46,318 bases of DNA from a virus, in IMG/VR virus record IMGVR_UViG_3300028534_000016, positions 92,152 through 138,469 of that record; one strand, given 5' to 3'. Under the pieces are notes generated by a model. The model saw nothing but the letters and a program-made list of their open reading frames with translations, did not search any database and was not told where the DNA came from. A program made the translations under genes and the position numbers. Shown here piece by piece: positions 18,534 through 29,111 of this stretch. Each line of letters starts with the position of its first letter. The first letter of the stretch is position 1.

Positions 18534-18700
18534 CTAAGCAGTTAGATATTTTAAAACGTAATTAACAGGGTCAACGCTAACACTATGTGCTAACTCACCA
18601 TTAGGAGTAATATAGAATTCTTTACTGTTAATGTAATTATCGATTTCTTTTATAGACTCCTCAGTCAATAGTACGTTGAGCGAAACAGTGTCGCCATCGA
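18534..18700 (-). CDS. rpoC: Virion RNA polymerase beta' subunit (phiKZ gp180-like), exon 2
   Basis: Absent from the ORF track. TC GAT GGC GAC ACT GTT TCG... gives (F)DGDTVSLNVLLTEESIKEIDNYINSKEFYITPNGELAHSVSVDPVNYVLKYLTA* and completes DFDGD. Confidence 0.9.
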
Positions 18701-19957
18701 CGTAATGTTCGATATGTATCGCTACTACACATCCGTGGTCTTACCACTGCTCTAGCTTTCACTAGAGACCAGACTATATCTTCACCCACTATATACATAG
18801 CTAGGGTGTCTACCATTTCGATTTAAGGGATTCTCACCCACCTGCTTAGGCCCTACTCCTGTTGCTCTATTATTTATTGTTGGTGAGCCAAGGGATAGTC
18901 GTTGAACACATACCATACTGTAGTTACAGGTTAGATACTTCGCTGCGTCGGTTGCCCAATCTCTATAGGTTTTTACTATGCTCCTTACCACTATTACGGC
19001 CGGAGTATTACAGTCTATTTCTAGCTGTAAGTAGTACTATAGAGCTCTAAGGGGTTTCCCGCAATTAGATAGATATTGACATACATTACTGTATGAAAGA
19101 TCACATGTTATTTATAAATCAAATATTGCTTAACATCTTTTGGTTTAATATTACCTGGTAAATGTTCACCTTTACACAATTCTAAGAAATTACGATACCA
19201 CTTATTATTAACACAATATTTAAAATATCTTGATATTCTGAATAACAAATATTTTTTAATATTATTAATTTCCGTATACTTAATACGTATAAGCTTATAT
19301 CCTTTTTCTTTAGCTATCTTATTTTTTGTTTTATCGCGTTTTTGAATATTTAATAATTCTTTTTCTCCGCCCCACGCAGTCACTGGTTCAAAATGTTGTC
19401 TACCATCATACTCTATGAGTATGTTAAGATCAGGTAAATAGAAATCATATCTAAATTTAGTATTGCTATCAGGAATATTATACTCTCGTTTAAAAGATAT
19501 ATTTAAATCATTAAGTAGTTTAGCTATTTTTAATTCACCTTTAGATAGTTTGCATATAGGACAACCAGTTTTATTTGCAATATGGTTATTGGGCTTAACT
19601 TTAAAATCTCCATGTATAGGACAAGTAATTATTACTTTATTTTTAGAACCAGTATAGTTAATATTATTGTAATCATACTTATTCTTGTGTTTATTTTTAG
19701 CTTTTTTAATAAATATTTCTTTTTTTAATAACATATAGCATTTTAAACATCCTTTATTAAGGTGTGTTTTAGCAATTTGTTTAAACATACCGTGTACTGG
19801 ACATAATATATCTATTTTTTCTTTATAATGATCTAAATTTTTATCATTATTAATGAAATATTTATATTTATTATTGTGTATTTTATTTGCAATATTTATA
19901 AATTTATAACCTAACATAATGTACTTCTTGATTTAATTTCAATAAAGCACAAAATTT
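18701..19957 (-). mobile_element. Group I intron (1257 nt) with homing endonuclease ORF in the P1 loop
   Basis: 5' exon ends in U, intron ends in G. Core elements AATTGCGGGAA, GACGCAGCG, GTTCAACGACTA, AAGATATAGTCT. Guide GATCTTT (19096-19102) pairs with exon GGAGATT with a U-G at the splice site. Confidence 0.92.
19108..19917 (-). CDS. Intron-encoded homing endonuclease (two zinc repeats plus Vsr/DUF559-like nuclease)
   Basis: CPVHG and CPIHG repeats, SKGE...FRYDFYLP..NILIEYDG.QHF...RDKTKN. Paralogous to 4400-5980. Confidence 0.85.
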   Translation of the reverse strand: MLGYKFINIANKIHNNKYKYFINNDKNLDHYKEKIDILCPVHGMFKQIAKTHLNKGCLKCYMLLKKEIFIKKAKNKHKNKYDYNNINYTGSKNKVIITCPIHGDFKVKPNNHIANKTGCPICKLSKGELKIAKLLNDLNISFKREYNIPDSNTKFRYDFYLPDLNILIEYDGRQHFEPVTAWGGEKELLNIQKRDKTKNKIAKEKGYKLIRIKYTEINNIKKYLLFRISRYFKYCVNNKWYRNFLELCKGEHLPGNIKPKDVKQYLIYK

Positions 19958-21386
19958 AATCTCCAACTAATCCATCGAGCTTACTGAGGTGAGGTGATAA
20001 AGAATTATAAAATTTCTCTGTTAATACAGGATATTCTACCATAGTACTTTCGACACCATTCATAATGAATTTAACATTCCTACCATTAACAGTTGTTTTT
20101 AAATATAGTTTAGTAGGATAGATACCACCTAAATCAACAACAGGATATCTTGTTAAATAAGCTGGGTATTTTTTTCTTATATCATAAATGCTAATATAAA
20201 ATAATTCAGCATAGGTAATAGGTCTTAAATACTTCTTATTATAATTATCCGGTAATGTTTCTGTATTAAATACAGGCATTACTGTTTTACCATCATCATA
20301 AATTAATAACATATAGTATTTGTCTAACATAACAGGTTCGGTTCTAATTACCTCTTGTGCTAACTTATTGATTATTCCATCTAAACCTTCATAACTCAAC
20401 CATTCATCTCTTTTACTAGCATCTATTGTTGCGTTTATAGTTTGCATAGTTTTAGGATCAACCACAGTAGCTATTGTTGTTTCTGCATTTATAATTTTAT
20501 TTATGAATTTAGTGTGTAAGTGATATTTGATAATAGGACTAATTGCTGCTATATATTGGTATAACCCAATAATAGTATCGTTAAATCCTGGTTTATCTTC
20601 ATTCTCAATATCATCAATACTAGAAGGTACAGAAGTAATAACATTTCTGGTACCGTAGGTAATAGCTCTTTTAGTCCATTTACCTTGTATGAATTTACTT
20701 TTACCATCTAATAAGACTTTAATATATTCATATATCTCTAAAGTAATATTTTGTATTTTAACACGGATAGGGTCTATTAAATCAATAGTATCTTTAGTAA
20801 CAGTTATACTATTTAAGCTGTTTACTGTAGCTATTAGTTTACGGTATAAATCATTTATCTCGTCTTCTTTAGGCGTACCATCATCGTCTACAGTGTAATC
20901 CCTCAATCCAGCCGGTAACACTAACCAGTGATCTAACATCATAGTATCATCAGTATACTTCTTGATTAATTTAATTTTAAAAGCTCTTTCATCAGAATCA
21001 TTATCATAAAACTTAATCTTATGTACATGTTCCATCATAAACTGGTATCCAGTTCTTCCTTCTTCTCTAGTTGTCTCTACTAAATCTTTCTCTCCACTAT
21101 CCCATTTAGCATAACGCTTACCGTTCATTATGTCTTTATATAAAGTTTTAAGTGTTCCTAGCAATTGATACACTAACGGATGTAGTATAGGGTATTTTAA
21201 ATCTATATACCCAAAAGTAACATTACGTTCTTCACTACCCACAGGACCAAATATAGTTGTTGAAAATAATCCATCTTCTGTAAAGTTTTTAGTACTAGAT
21301 TCCATTATGGCTAAGTTAGTAACTTGTCCTAACTGTCTTAATATTCTTTTATCTAATATAAGAATATCTATATTAAACGGTATCAT
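19958..21386 (-). CDS. rpoC: Virion RNA polymerase beta' subunit (phiKZ gp180-like), exon 1
   Basis: Start ATG 21386 (AAGGA RBS). Motifs GLFSTTIFG, VLPAGLRD, GK..FIQGKW..R...GTRNVIT, TRYPV. Ends ...LDGLVGD+T at the intron. Confidence 0.9.
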
Positions 21387-21471
21387 TGGTTTTCCTTGAA
21401 ATAATCTAAATACTATATTAATATAGCTTTCATACAAATGAATAAGTTATATATTTTGAAAGGAGTTCACC

Positions 21472-24400
21472 GTGGCAGATAAAGAAGATTTAGACATAGA
21501 TTTTGACGATGACTTTGACGATATCCTCGGAATGGACGACAATAATGAAATTGATACAGAAAATCTTCCTAAAGGAAGAGAAGCAGTAGTTAAAACACTC
21601 AAAGATGGAGCTAAAGGTTTTACAGAAACATATACCGATGCTCCGTTAGAGAATGTAGAAAAAATAGCTACTTCAGCTATACCTAAAGAGTTAAGCGTTG
21701 AAGTAGATACTATTAAAGATTTAGCTGGTAGTATTAAAGATGAATACAAAAATACTTTAAAAGAAGTTAAGAAAACAGCTAAACCTACACTTAGTCTATT
21801 ACAAAAGATAGCTCCTAAAAATGAAGTATCTGATAAGATATTTAATAAATTACATAGTATATTAGGAGAATCAGATTCAGGTAGTTCTAGTGGTCCTAGT
21901 AAAGAAGAGATAGAAAATAGACGAATAACAGATAACATCAATAGTACTTTAAGTAAAGAATCGTTAAGCTCTATAGAAACTATTTTTAAAGACACAGTTG
22001 AACGTAATAGATTTAAAACAGAATTAGAAGCTAGTAACTTAATAGCGGCTAGGTTAACAGAAATATCTAGTTTTAATAAACAAATTACTAATAGTTACTT
22101 TAGAAAGAGTTTAGAGTTACAATATAAATCACTATTTGTAAGCAAACAACAACTTGATGTAACTAAAAATTTAGCAGATGTAGTTAGTAAACAATTAGAA
22201 GGTATAGTTAAGAATACTGCATTACCGGATATTGTTAAGATTAAATCTACTGAGGGCATTAAACAAACATTACGACAAAAAGCAACTACTGATATTGCTG
22301 ATGTATTATTTAAGAAAGGTAGTGTGTTAGATTCTGGTAAAGACAGAATTAAAATTATTGGTAGTAATCTTAGAGAGAAACTAATAGGTGGTTTAGAAGG
22401 TGTTAGTAGTCTAGCTGAACAAAAAGCTATGATGGACGATATGGCTATGCCAGGTATGAGCGAAGCTAATCTAGCAGGCGGTTTATTAGCAGACGGACTT
22501 AATTCAATTGCTGGTAGTACTATTGGTAGAAAAATATCTAACAGTAAAAGAGGTAAAGATTTAATTTACAAATTTAAGAATGCTATGGTAGACCCATCTG
22601 TAGCTCTTAATAATACTGCTAGAGATTTAGGCAGTAGTAATATTTTAAAACGAAGAGCACAAGATGCTTTATTTTTCACTAGTGATATCTTAAAAACAGG
22701 TGGTGTTAATGAAGGCATTACTGTTGATAAAGATGACTTAGACGAAGTTAAATTATTCGATGGAAGAGCTTATAATAGTTTAACTAAAGTAATACCTGGA
22801 CTTTTATCTAAAATCTATGGAGAGATTAAATCTTTTAGAACAGGAACTAAGCCTTCCGATAACGAATTAACATATGACTTTACTAGAGATAAGTTTATTA
22901 AGAAGAAAAATAGTGTTACTAATTTTAAGAAAGAAGTAACAAGAACTTTAGAACATACATCAGCTAATGCTTTAGATAACATTATAGGGTTATTTGTTAG
23001 ATACGGTAACTATAAAGTAAACTCTAAAGAAGATGTACAAGTACTCAGAGAAGCCTTAAGTAGTTATGTAATTAATGGTAAACCTTTAGTTCCTGCTTAC
23101 ATGGAAGAATCAGGATTCTTAGATAGTATTCCTAAGAAATATAGAGGTAAAGTAAAAACAGCACTTAAGAAACTATTAGTAAACAGTAGAAAAGATTCAT
23201 ACATATTAGACAGCTTTATAAGTAGCTTAAAAGCATTTAAAGAATCTTTACCTAAACTAGATGAACATGTTAGAAACATTATCGCTAGTGGTAATGGTAG
23301 TAGTTTAGCTAAAAGTGGAATAGTTGACTTTGACAAACTAACTGGCACATATACTGGTAACACAAAAGGACTTAATAAACTTTATTTAGAGAGTCTTAAG
23401 AAAGCAAAAATAGATGAAAATTTATATTCTCTTAAACAAGAAAAAGTAAGTGGTTATAAAGAACAAGATATAGGCGGTACTTTAAAAGATAGTATTAAAG
23501 GACACTACAGCACTATTAAAGAAAAAAATAAAAGGTTAAAAGAAGAAGCAGGTAAGCTTAATCCAGAGTATTTTAAAGATAAAGCGAATAACTATAAAGA
23601 ATCTTTTAATAAGAAAAGAGAAGAGTATAAAAATACTCAAACTAAACAAAATAGAAAATTAACTCCGGATGAAGAAGAAGCTTTAAAAGAAGACTTCTTA
23701 ACAAGTGAAGCATACCAAGAAGGCACTGTACAAACCTTTAAAGAGTATAAAGAAGCATTAGGATTTGAAGCTGAAGACGATAATACTATTGTTAATACAA
23801 TCAAAAATAGATATGAAGAGAAAAAGAAAACATATGCTGAGAATGTTAAACAATATGTTAAAGATAGATTCAATCCTAATTTAAAAACATTAGACCTTGA
23901 AACAGAGAAACAACTAAGAGAAGAGTTCCTAAAAAGTGAAGCTTTCTTATCTGGTAAAATGACCGACTTTAATAAATATGTTAGAGCCTTTGGTTATAGA
24001 CCTAGACTAAATATCAAAGCATTACTTAAAAAGACTAGAGCTTTAGATAGAAAAATTATGGGAGCCGCAATTAAAGTTCCTGGTAAAGCATTAAGTTTTG
24101 GTTGGAAACATAAAAGTAAAGCATTTAATCTTTTAGGTAAAAGTGCTAAATATGGAGCTAAAGGAATAGGTACTGTAGGTGGTTCTGTTTTAAAACAATT
24201 TACAGGATATGATTACTGGGGTAATGAAGAAGATAGTGATATATTCAGCAAAACTAGAGCTATAGATAGAGACCTAATGAAAAATAGTACTAGATACGCT
24301 AAGAAGAGTACTGTTGATGCTGCTAAGAAAACTAAAGAAACAGTTACTAAAACTACTAAAGTAGTTACTGAAGCAGTTGCTGCTACATTAGAGCGTTTAG

Positions 24401-26505
24401 GATTAAAAACTAAAAAGAAAAATAAATTCGATAAAGATGGTGATGGCGATAGAGATGGTAATTGGAAAGATAGATTAAAAAGTTTTATACCTAAAGGAAA
24501 TAAAAAGGCTAAAGGAAAATTACTTAACTTTGTTAAAGAACATAAAGGTCTTTCAGGTAGCATGTTATTTACAGCTATGTTAGTAGCTATGAAAAGTATG
24601 GGTATTACTATGGAAGATGTTAAAGATTTTGTAGGAGGTGCTGTAGATGGCATCAAAACTATAGGTGGTGTTCTTGGTGGTATATGGGATGTTATGAAAG
24701 GTGTCTATGATAAAATATCCACAATAACAAATTACCTTAAAGAAGGACTTAAAAACCTACTACCTGATTGGATGTCTGACGGAGAACAAAAATGGTATAA
24801 TCCATTAACTTGGGGTAATGATAGTGACGGAACAACTGATAGTAGTGGTACTAGTGCGGGTAAAACATTAGCATATGGTGCTGCAGGTTATGTTGGCTAT
24901 AAAACAACTAAGGGTGTTTATAAGACAGGTAAAGCTATTGGTAGAGGAGCGCAAGCTGTAGCTGGTATTAAGAAAAAAGTAAAACCTAAAATAGACCCTA
25001 AGAAAAAAGTAAAACCAGGTAAACTAAAATCATTCTTAAGAGTACTTAAAAAACGAATTATTAAAAAAGTAGGTTTAAAAGCAGGAGCTAAATTATTAGC
25101 TAAAATTGCTTCAAGATTTGTACCGATTGCTGGATGGGGATTACTAGCATATGATGCTGGTATGATTGGTTATGATATGGTTAAAAATGGTACTGATTTT
25201 AAAACAGCTGCAAGTAATCAAATCTTAGGATTCGATATATTCTCAGATGACGATATTCCTGTAGATGTTGATGGTAAACCTATTAAACCAGATACTGCTG
25301 CTGAAGTAGAAAATAAATACATTAGTAATACGGATAGAATAACTAAAATAGATACTAGTGATAACTCTGTTAGTAATAACTATTTAAGTAGTTTTGTTAA
25401 TACAGCTAGAAAAAGTGATTATGGTCAAGCTGTAAACAATGCTTTATATAAAGCTAATATGAAAATCAATAGTGTTAATAAAGTATTAGGAGATGGTGAG
25501 GATAAACCTAGTGGAGGTTTTAGTCCTAGTAACAATAATAACTATAGTCCTAGCGCTAAAAAGATTATTGTTAGAGGTGGTGAAGAAACCACGCCTATAG
25601 GCGGTGAGAATAATATTACTAAACCAAGTAATGTTAGAATAGATGGGTTAAATCCTGTTATGTTAGACAAACTCAAAGCTATGGCTAATGAGTATTATGA
25701 GTTAACAGGTAAAAAGATACACCTTAATTCAGGGTATCGTTCTACAGCAGACCAAATTAAACTCAGAAAGAAATATGGAAGTAGAGCAGCTAGACCTGGT
25801 CATTCTACACATGAATTTGGTTTAGCAGTAGATATCAACGGAAAACAATTAGACGAATTAGAACAATTAGGGTTATTAGGTAAATACAAATTCACTAGAC
25901 CTGTCGGTGGTGAAAAATGGCATATGGAACCAGCCGGTATTCAATTAGATATTAACAATGCTAAAAAAGATCCTAATTACGCAGCACAACTAATTGATGG
26001 AGTTACTCATGGTGGTAGTGGTTGGGGATTAGTTTCAGGTGTACGTAAATATAGTAGAAATGAAGAGTTCCAAAAAGAGATACTCAAATCTAAACCTACT
26101 AAGATAATAGACCCTAAAACTAATAAACCATTAACAGTCACTGCTGCTAAAGATAAAGGGTTAATCAGCACTAATAAAAATGTGAGTAGTTCTTCTATCA
26201 CTATGCAGAAAGAGATAATAGCTAAACAAAAATCAAATAGTTTAGTTAAACCTATGACTGCTAGTGCTGATTTAGCTAAAGTAGCTAATAAACAATTAGC
26301 TAGTATGGATGCAACATTAAAACAATCTTTAGAAGTACAAACACGTATGATGAAATCTTTAGATGTTTTAGTTAAACAAAATAAAGAATTACTAAAAGGT
26401 AGTGAACCAATAGATGTAGATGTTGCTAACAATGTTAAAAGACACGATAGTAATCAAAGAGAGAGTTTACCAGAACCAGCTATTAGTTTAGCTAGAAAAT
26501 ATTAA
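21472..26505 (+). CDS. Tape-measure-like tail protein (phiKZ gp181-like) with C-terminal M15 zinc peptidase
   Basis: 1677 aa, divergent from vRNAP beta'. Motifs RKSLELQYK, KNTALPD.VK, VIPGLLSKI, DKDGDGDRDGNW. Peptidase motifs SGYRS..Q, AARPGHSTHEFGLAVD, EKWH. Confidence 0.85.
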   Translation: MADKEDLDIDFDDDFDDILGMDDNNEIDTENLPKGREAVVKTLKDGAKGFTETYTDAPLENVEKIATSAIPKELSVEVDTIKDLAGSIKDEYKNTLKEVKKTAKPTLSLLQKIAPKNEVSDKIFNKLHSILGESDSGSSSGPSKEEIENRRITDNINSTLSKESLSSIETIFKDTVERNRFKTELEASNLIAARLTEISSFNKQITNSYFRKSLELQYKSLFVSKQQLDVTKNLADVVSKQLEGIVKNTALPDIVKIKSTEGIKQTLRQKATTDIADVLFKKGSVLDSGKDRIKIIGSNLREKLIGGLEGVSSLAEQKAMMDDMAMPGMSEANLAGGLLADGLNSIAGSTIGRKISNSKRGKDLIYKFKNAMVDPSVALNNTARDLGSSNILKRRAQDALFFTSDILKTGGVNEGITVDKDDLDEVKLFDGRAYNSLTKVIPGLLSKIYGEIKSFRTGTKPSDNELTYDFTRDKFIKKKNSVTNFKKEVTRTLEHTSANALDNIIGLFVRYGNYKVNSKEDVQVLREALSSYVINGKPLVPAYMEESGFLDSIPKKYRGKVKTALKKLLVNSRKDSYILDSFISSLKAFKESLPKLDEHVRNIIASGNGSSLAKSGIVDFDKLTGTYTGNTKGLNKLYLESLKKAKIDENLYSLKQEKVSGYKEQDIGGTLKDSIKGHYSTIKEKNKRLKEEAGKLNPEYFKDKANNYKESFNKKREEYKNTQTKQNRKLTPDEEEALKEDFLTSEAYQEGTVQTFKEYKEALGFEAEDDNTIVNTIKNRYEEKKKTYAENVKQYVKDRFNPNLKTLDLETEKQLREEFLKSEAFLSGKMTDFNKYVRAFGYRPRLNIKALLKKTRALDRKIMGAAIKVPGKALSFGWKHKSKAFNLLGKSAKYGAKGIGTVGGSVLKQFTGYDYWGNEEDSDIFSKTRAIDRDLMKNSTRYAKKSTVDAAKKTKETVTKTTKVVTEAVAATLERLGLKTKKKNKFDKDGDGDRDGNWKDRLKSFIPKGNKKAKGKLLNFVKEHKGLSGSMLFTAMLVAMKSMGITMEDVKDFVGGAVDGIKTIGGVLGGIWDVMKGVYDKISTITNYLKEGLKNLLPDWMSDGEQKWYNPLTWGNDSDGTTDSSGTSAGKTLAYGAAGYVGYKTTKGVYKTGKAIGRGAQAVAGIKKKVKPKIDPKKKVKPGKLKSFLRVLKKRIIKKVGLKAGAKLLAKIASRFVPIAGWGLLAYDAGMIGYDMVKNGTDFKTAASNQILGFDIFSDDDIPVDVDGKPIKPDTAAEVENKYISNTDRITKIDTSDNSVSNNYLSSFVNTARKSDYGQAVNNALYKANMKINSVNKVLGDGEDKPSGGFSPSNNNNYSPSAKKIIVRGGEETTPIGGENNITKPSNVRIDGLNPVMLDKLKAMANEYYELTGKKIHLNSGYRSTADQIKLRKKYGSRAARPGHSTHEFGLAVDINGKQLDELEQLGLLGKYKFTRPVGGEKWHMEPAGIQLDINNAKKDPNYAAQLIDGVTHGGSGWGLVSGVRKYSRNEEFQKEILKSKPTKIIDPKTNKPLTVTAAKDKGLISTNKNVSSSSITMQKEIIAKQKSNSLVKPMTASADLAKVANKQLASMDATLKQSLEVQTRMMKSLDVLVKQNKELLKGSEPIDVDVANNVKRHDSNQRESLPEPAISLARKY

Positions 26506-26518
26506 AAAAAAAATAGAT

Positions 26519-26548
26519 ATAGTAGTAGAGCACTTGCTCTACTACTAT
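26519..26548. terminator. Bidirectional hairpin terminator
   Basis: ATAGTAGTAGAGCA-CT-TGCTCTACTACTAT between convergent genes. Confidence 0.75.
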
Positions 26549-26549
26549 G

Positions 26550-27152
26550 TTATAAATCTGCTTCTAGCTGATATTCTTTATCGATACCATAAAGTATATC
26601 TTTAGTTTTATCTACTTTAAAAGAGTTAACTATTTTCTTAATAATATCTAAATCAGCATCATTATATCGTAGCTCATTGTTAAATACTTTAAAATGAATA
26701 GTCTTTAATATACGTAGATACTTATCAAGCTCATGATTTTCTTCTGCTAGAAAGTTAACTATACCATGTCTTTCATGTTTTACCATTTTAAAACTACGGA
26801 AAGGTGTACTTACTGGTAATTTCTTTAATTCAGCAATAAGCATCTCATCTTGTATTACTTTTTCAATCAGAAAATATGCAACAGCTGCCCAATAATTTGG
26901 TATGTAGATTTTCTTTAATCTAGATATCTTTTCAATATCTTTAGAAGTCATTTTAGTTTTACCTAAAAATGATTTTGGATAATCTACTCTTGTTAAGAAA
27001 TCCATAGCATTACGCATATTACTAACTTTACCTACAATAGTTTCAAATGGTCTTATATATCCTGGCGATAATACTCTACCTAATTCAGTCATTCCATATG
27101 GAGAAATATTAATATATTCAACACCATCTTTATGGTCTACATATTTACTCAT
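26550..27152 (-). CDS. Hypothetical protein
   Basis: Likely start ATG 27152 (GGAG RBS). DGVEYINI...TELGR.LS motif recalled from jumbo phage proteins. Confidence 0.65.
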   Translation of the reverse strand: MSKYVDHKDGVEYINISPYGMTELGRVLSPGYIRPFETIVGKVSNMRNAMDFLTRVDYPKSFLGKTKMTSKDIEKISRLKKIYIPNYWAAVAYFLIEKVIQDEMLIAELKKLPVSTPFRSFKMVKHERHGIVNFLAEENHELDKYLRILKTIHFKVFNNELRYNDADLDIIKKIVNSFKVDKTKDILYGIDKEYQLEADL

Positions 27153-27600
27153 CAGTATCTCCTGCAAACTCTTTTAGCATACTAATTATAGTTAGAATAT
27201 TGTTCCGTAATAAATAAAGATATATGTAGTGTATACTACTAAGATGTAGTTTGTGTTTTAATAATTGCTTAACTTCTTCAGGAACAGCCAATGACTCAAC
27301 ATGTAAATCATCAATAGCAATAATATCTTCTGCTAATTGTGTAACTCTATTAGCTCCACCTATCATTACCATATTATAGCTAAAAGTATTTAAATAATCC
27401 ATAACAACATCAGAATCTAATTTAGTAATGAACATATCTATTTTATCTCTCGCTGATCTACTAAAAAACGTATGGGTATATAAGCTAGATAAATCTATAA
27501 AGAATTCTAACAACGTATTTATCTGGCCGTCATTTAATCCGATTAAATGTTTCTCTGTGCTATTTATAGCGTTACTTACTAACTCTTGATTATTTAACAT
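27145..27600 (-). CDS. Hypothetical protein
   Basis: Likely start ATG 27600 (AAGGA RBS), overlaps its neighbours as in an operon. Confidence 0.65.
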   Translation of the reverse strand: MLNNQELVSNAINSTEKHLIGLNDGQINTLLEFFIDLSSLYTHTFFSRSARDKIDMFITKLDSDVVMDYLNTFSYNMVMIGGANRVTQLAEDIIAIDDLHVESLAVPEEVKQLLKHKLHLSSIHYIYLYLLRNNILTIISMLKEFAGDTDE

Positions 27601-27970
27601 CTTCTTTTCCTTCTTCTCTTTCTTCACCTACAGTATTTCCTGCGACGGCGACACTGTGCACGCTCGTGTCGCCGTTAGCGTAATGTAATTTAACAACTAA
27701 CTCAACTTTTCTTACTTTCACAAAGTTAAGTAATAAATCCATAAACGTTTTAAACGTCATAGCTGGAGCAGTTATATCGTTAATCAAACTGCTCTTAGTT
27801 TTACGTTTACCTGATTTAATACTATTACTCTCATTTACATATCTTTTTACCATGTAATCTAAAGAGTTAACCATGCCTGTTTCTTCCAGTATATTACGCC
27901 ATAGTTTAGCTAATATACCCGACTCTGTGTTTGATACACTTTTCTGTATCTTGATTTTATTTTCTGACAT
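27590..27970 (-). CDS. Conserved hypothetical protein of phiKZ-like phages
   Basis: AAAGGA RBS. GILAKLWRNIL...MTFKTF pattern. Confidence 0.65.
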   Translation of the reverse strand: MSENKIKIQKSVSNTESGILAKLWRNILEETGMVNSLDYMVKRYVNESNSIKSGKRKTKSSLINDITAPAMTFKTFMDLLLNFVKVRKVELVVKLHYANGDTSVHSVAVAGNTVGEEREEGKEDVK

Positions 27971-28002
27971 ACTGATCCTTTTATCAGTAGTAGTTATGTT
28001 AA

Positions 28003-28473
28003 CTACTTAATTTCTAAGCTTAGAAGTATATCTACTATACGTTCTATATTAATAATATATGGTTGTATTTTTATAGCATTACCATATGTTGTGTGGTTAC
28101 TCATATCTTTTGATATGACATAATATATTTTTAATAACTCTTTAGAGTGTCTTAACCACTCTTGATATACTTCATCAGTATTTTCTATAGTCCCATTATT
28201 ACTAAACCATCTAGCAACACTTATCTCTTTTAATGTGTTGTTATTAACATTCTTAACATTAACATAGCTGTTGATGAAGTCACTTTTAACTAATAACGAT
28301 AGATATCTCACATATTTATAAATATCGTCTTCTAGGGTACTTAATGTTAGTCTCATAGTGTCTTCTGTAAAATAATCTAGTTTATTTAATAATAAATAAT
28401 CTATTTTTTCAATATAGTTTTTAGGTTTAGCTAATTTCTTTCCGAATAAAAGCATTTTTATCTTTTTTAGCAT
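28003..28473 (-). CDS. Hypothetical protein
   Basis: Likely start ATG 28473 (AAGGA RBS). Confidence 0.6.
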   Translation of the reverse strand: MLKKIKMLLFGKKLAKPKNYIEKIDYLLLNKLDYFTEDTMRLTLSTLEDDIYKYVRYLSLLVKSDFINSYVNVKNVNNNTLKEISVARWFSNNGTIENTDEVYQEWLRHSKELLKIYYVISKDMSNHTTYGNAIKIQPYIINIERIVDILLSLEIK

Positions 28474-28529
28474 CGTTATTATCCTTATAGTGTTCACAAT
28501 ATATTCGAATATCAAAAAACTAATTATAC

Positions 28530-28557
28530 AGTATAGTAGACACTAGTCTACTATACT
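28530..28557. terminator. Hairpin terminator
   Basis: AGTATAGTAGAC-ACTA-GTCTACTATACT at the resolvase stop codon. Confidence 0.7.
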
Positions 28558-29107
28558 ATAACATTAATAATAATACCGGGTTTTCTCTTAATTCTAAAAT
28601 AGTTAAATAACCAATAGCAATACTATCGGCTTCATGTTCACTAACTAATAATGGGTTAATATACTGTGTTATTTCAGGTATTCTATTTATCGCATTAGCA
28701 ACAGCATCTTTATCACCTTTACCAGTAGCACCTATTATCTTTTTAACTTTCTTAGGAGGATAGTTAAAAATTCTTATAAAGGGATTACATTCAGTAACAG
28801 TTAATTCTATAGCTGCTATATACTGCGATAGATACATTACACTTTTAGGAAATCTACTATTAACAAAAGCTGCTTCCATAGCTAAGATATGTGGATTAAA
28901 CTCATACATTATTTCTCTAATGTAATTCTGTATAATCTGTATCCGTAATAGAAGATTTTTACTAAAAGGATCATCTATAGTGAATTTACTTAAATCAATT
29001 ACTCTTGTAGTTATGTTAACTATGACTAAATCAGGAACAGTTACAGTATATACTGTAACCCCCATATTGGTTCCTGGGTCTATGGATAAAATATTAATAG
29101 TATCCAT
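28556..29107 (-). CDS. ruvC: RuvC-like Holliday junction resolvase
   Basis: ILSIDPGT.MG, LAMEAAF, YPPKKVKK.IG..G..DK..V, HEADSIAIG. Confidence 0.85.
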   Translation of the reverse strand: MDTINILSIDPGTNMGVTVYTVTVPDLVIVNITTRVIDLSKFTIDDPFSKNLLLRIQIIQNYIREIMYEFNPHILAMEAAFVNSRFPKSVMYLSQYIAAIELTVTECNPFIRIFNYPPKKVKKIIGATGKGDKDAVANAINRIPEITQYINPLLVSEHEADSIAIGYLTILELRENPVLLLML

Positions 29108-29111
29108 AGTT

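Noticed and set aside
18782-19050. Short ORFs 18782-18991 and 18862-19050
   Set aside because: They overlie the group I ribozyme core.
19956-19958. Premature stop, pseudogene or stop-codon recoding in beta'
   Set aside because: The stop is explained by the intron. Long genes read through in the standard code, and TAG/TAA end genes at terminators.
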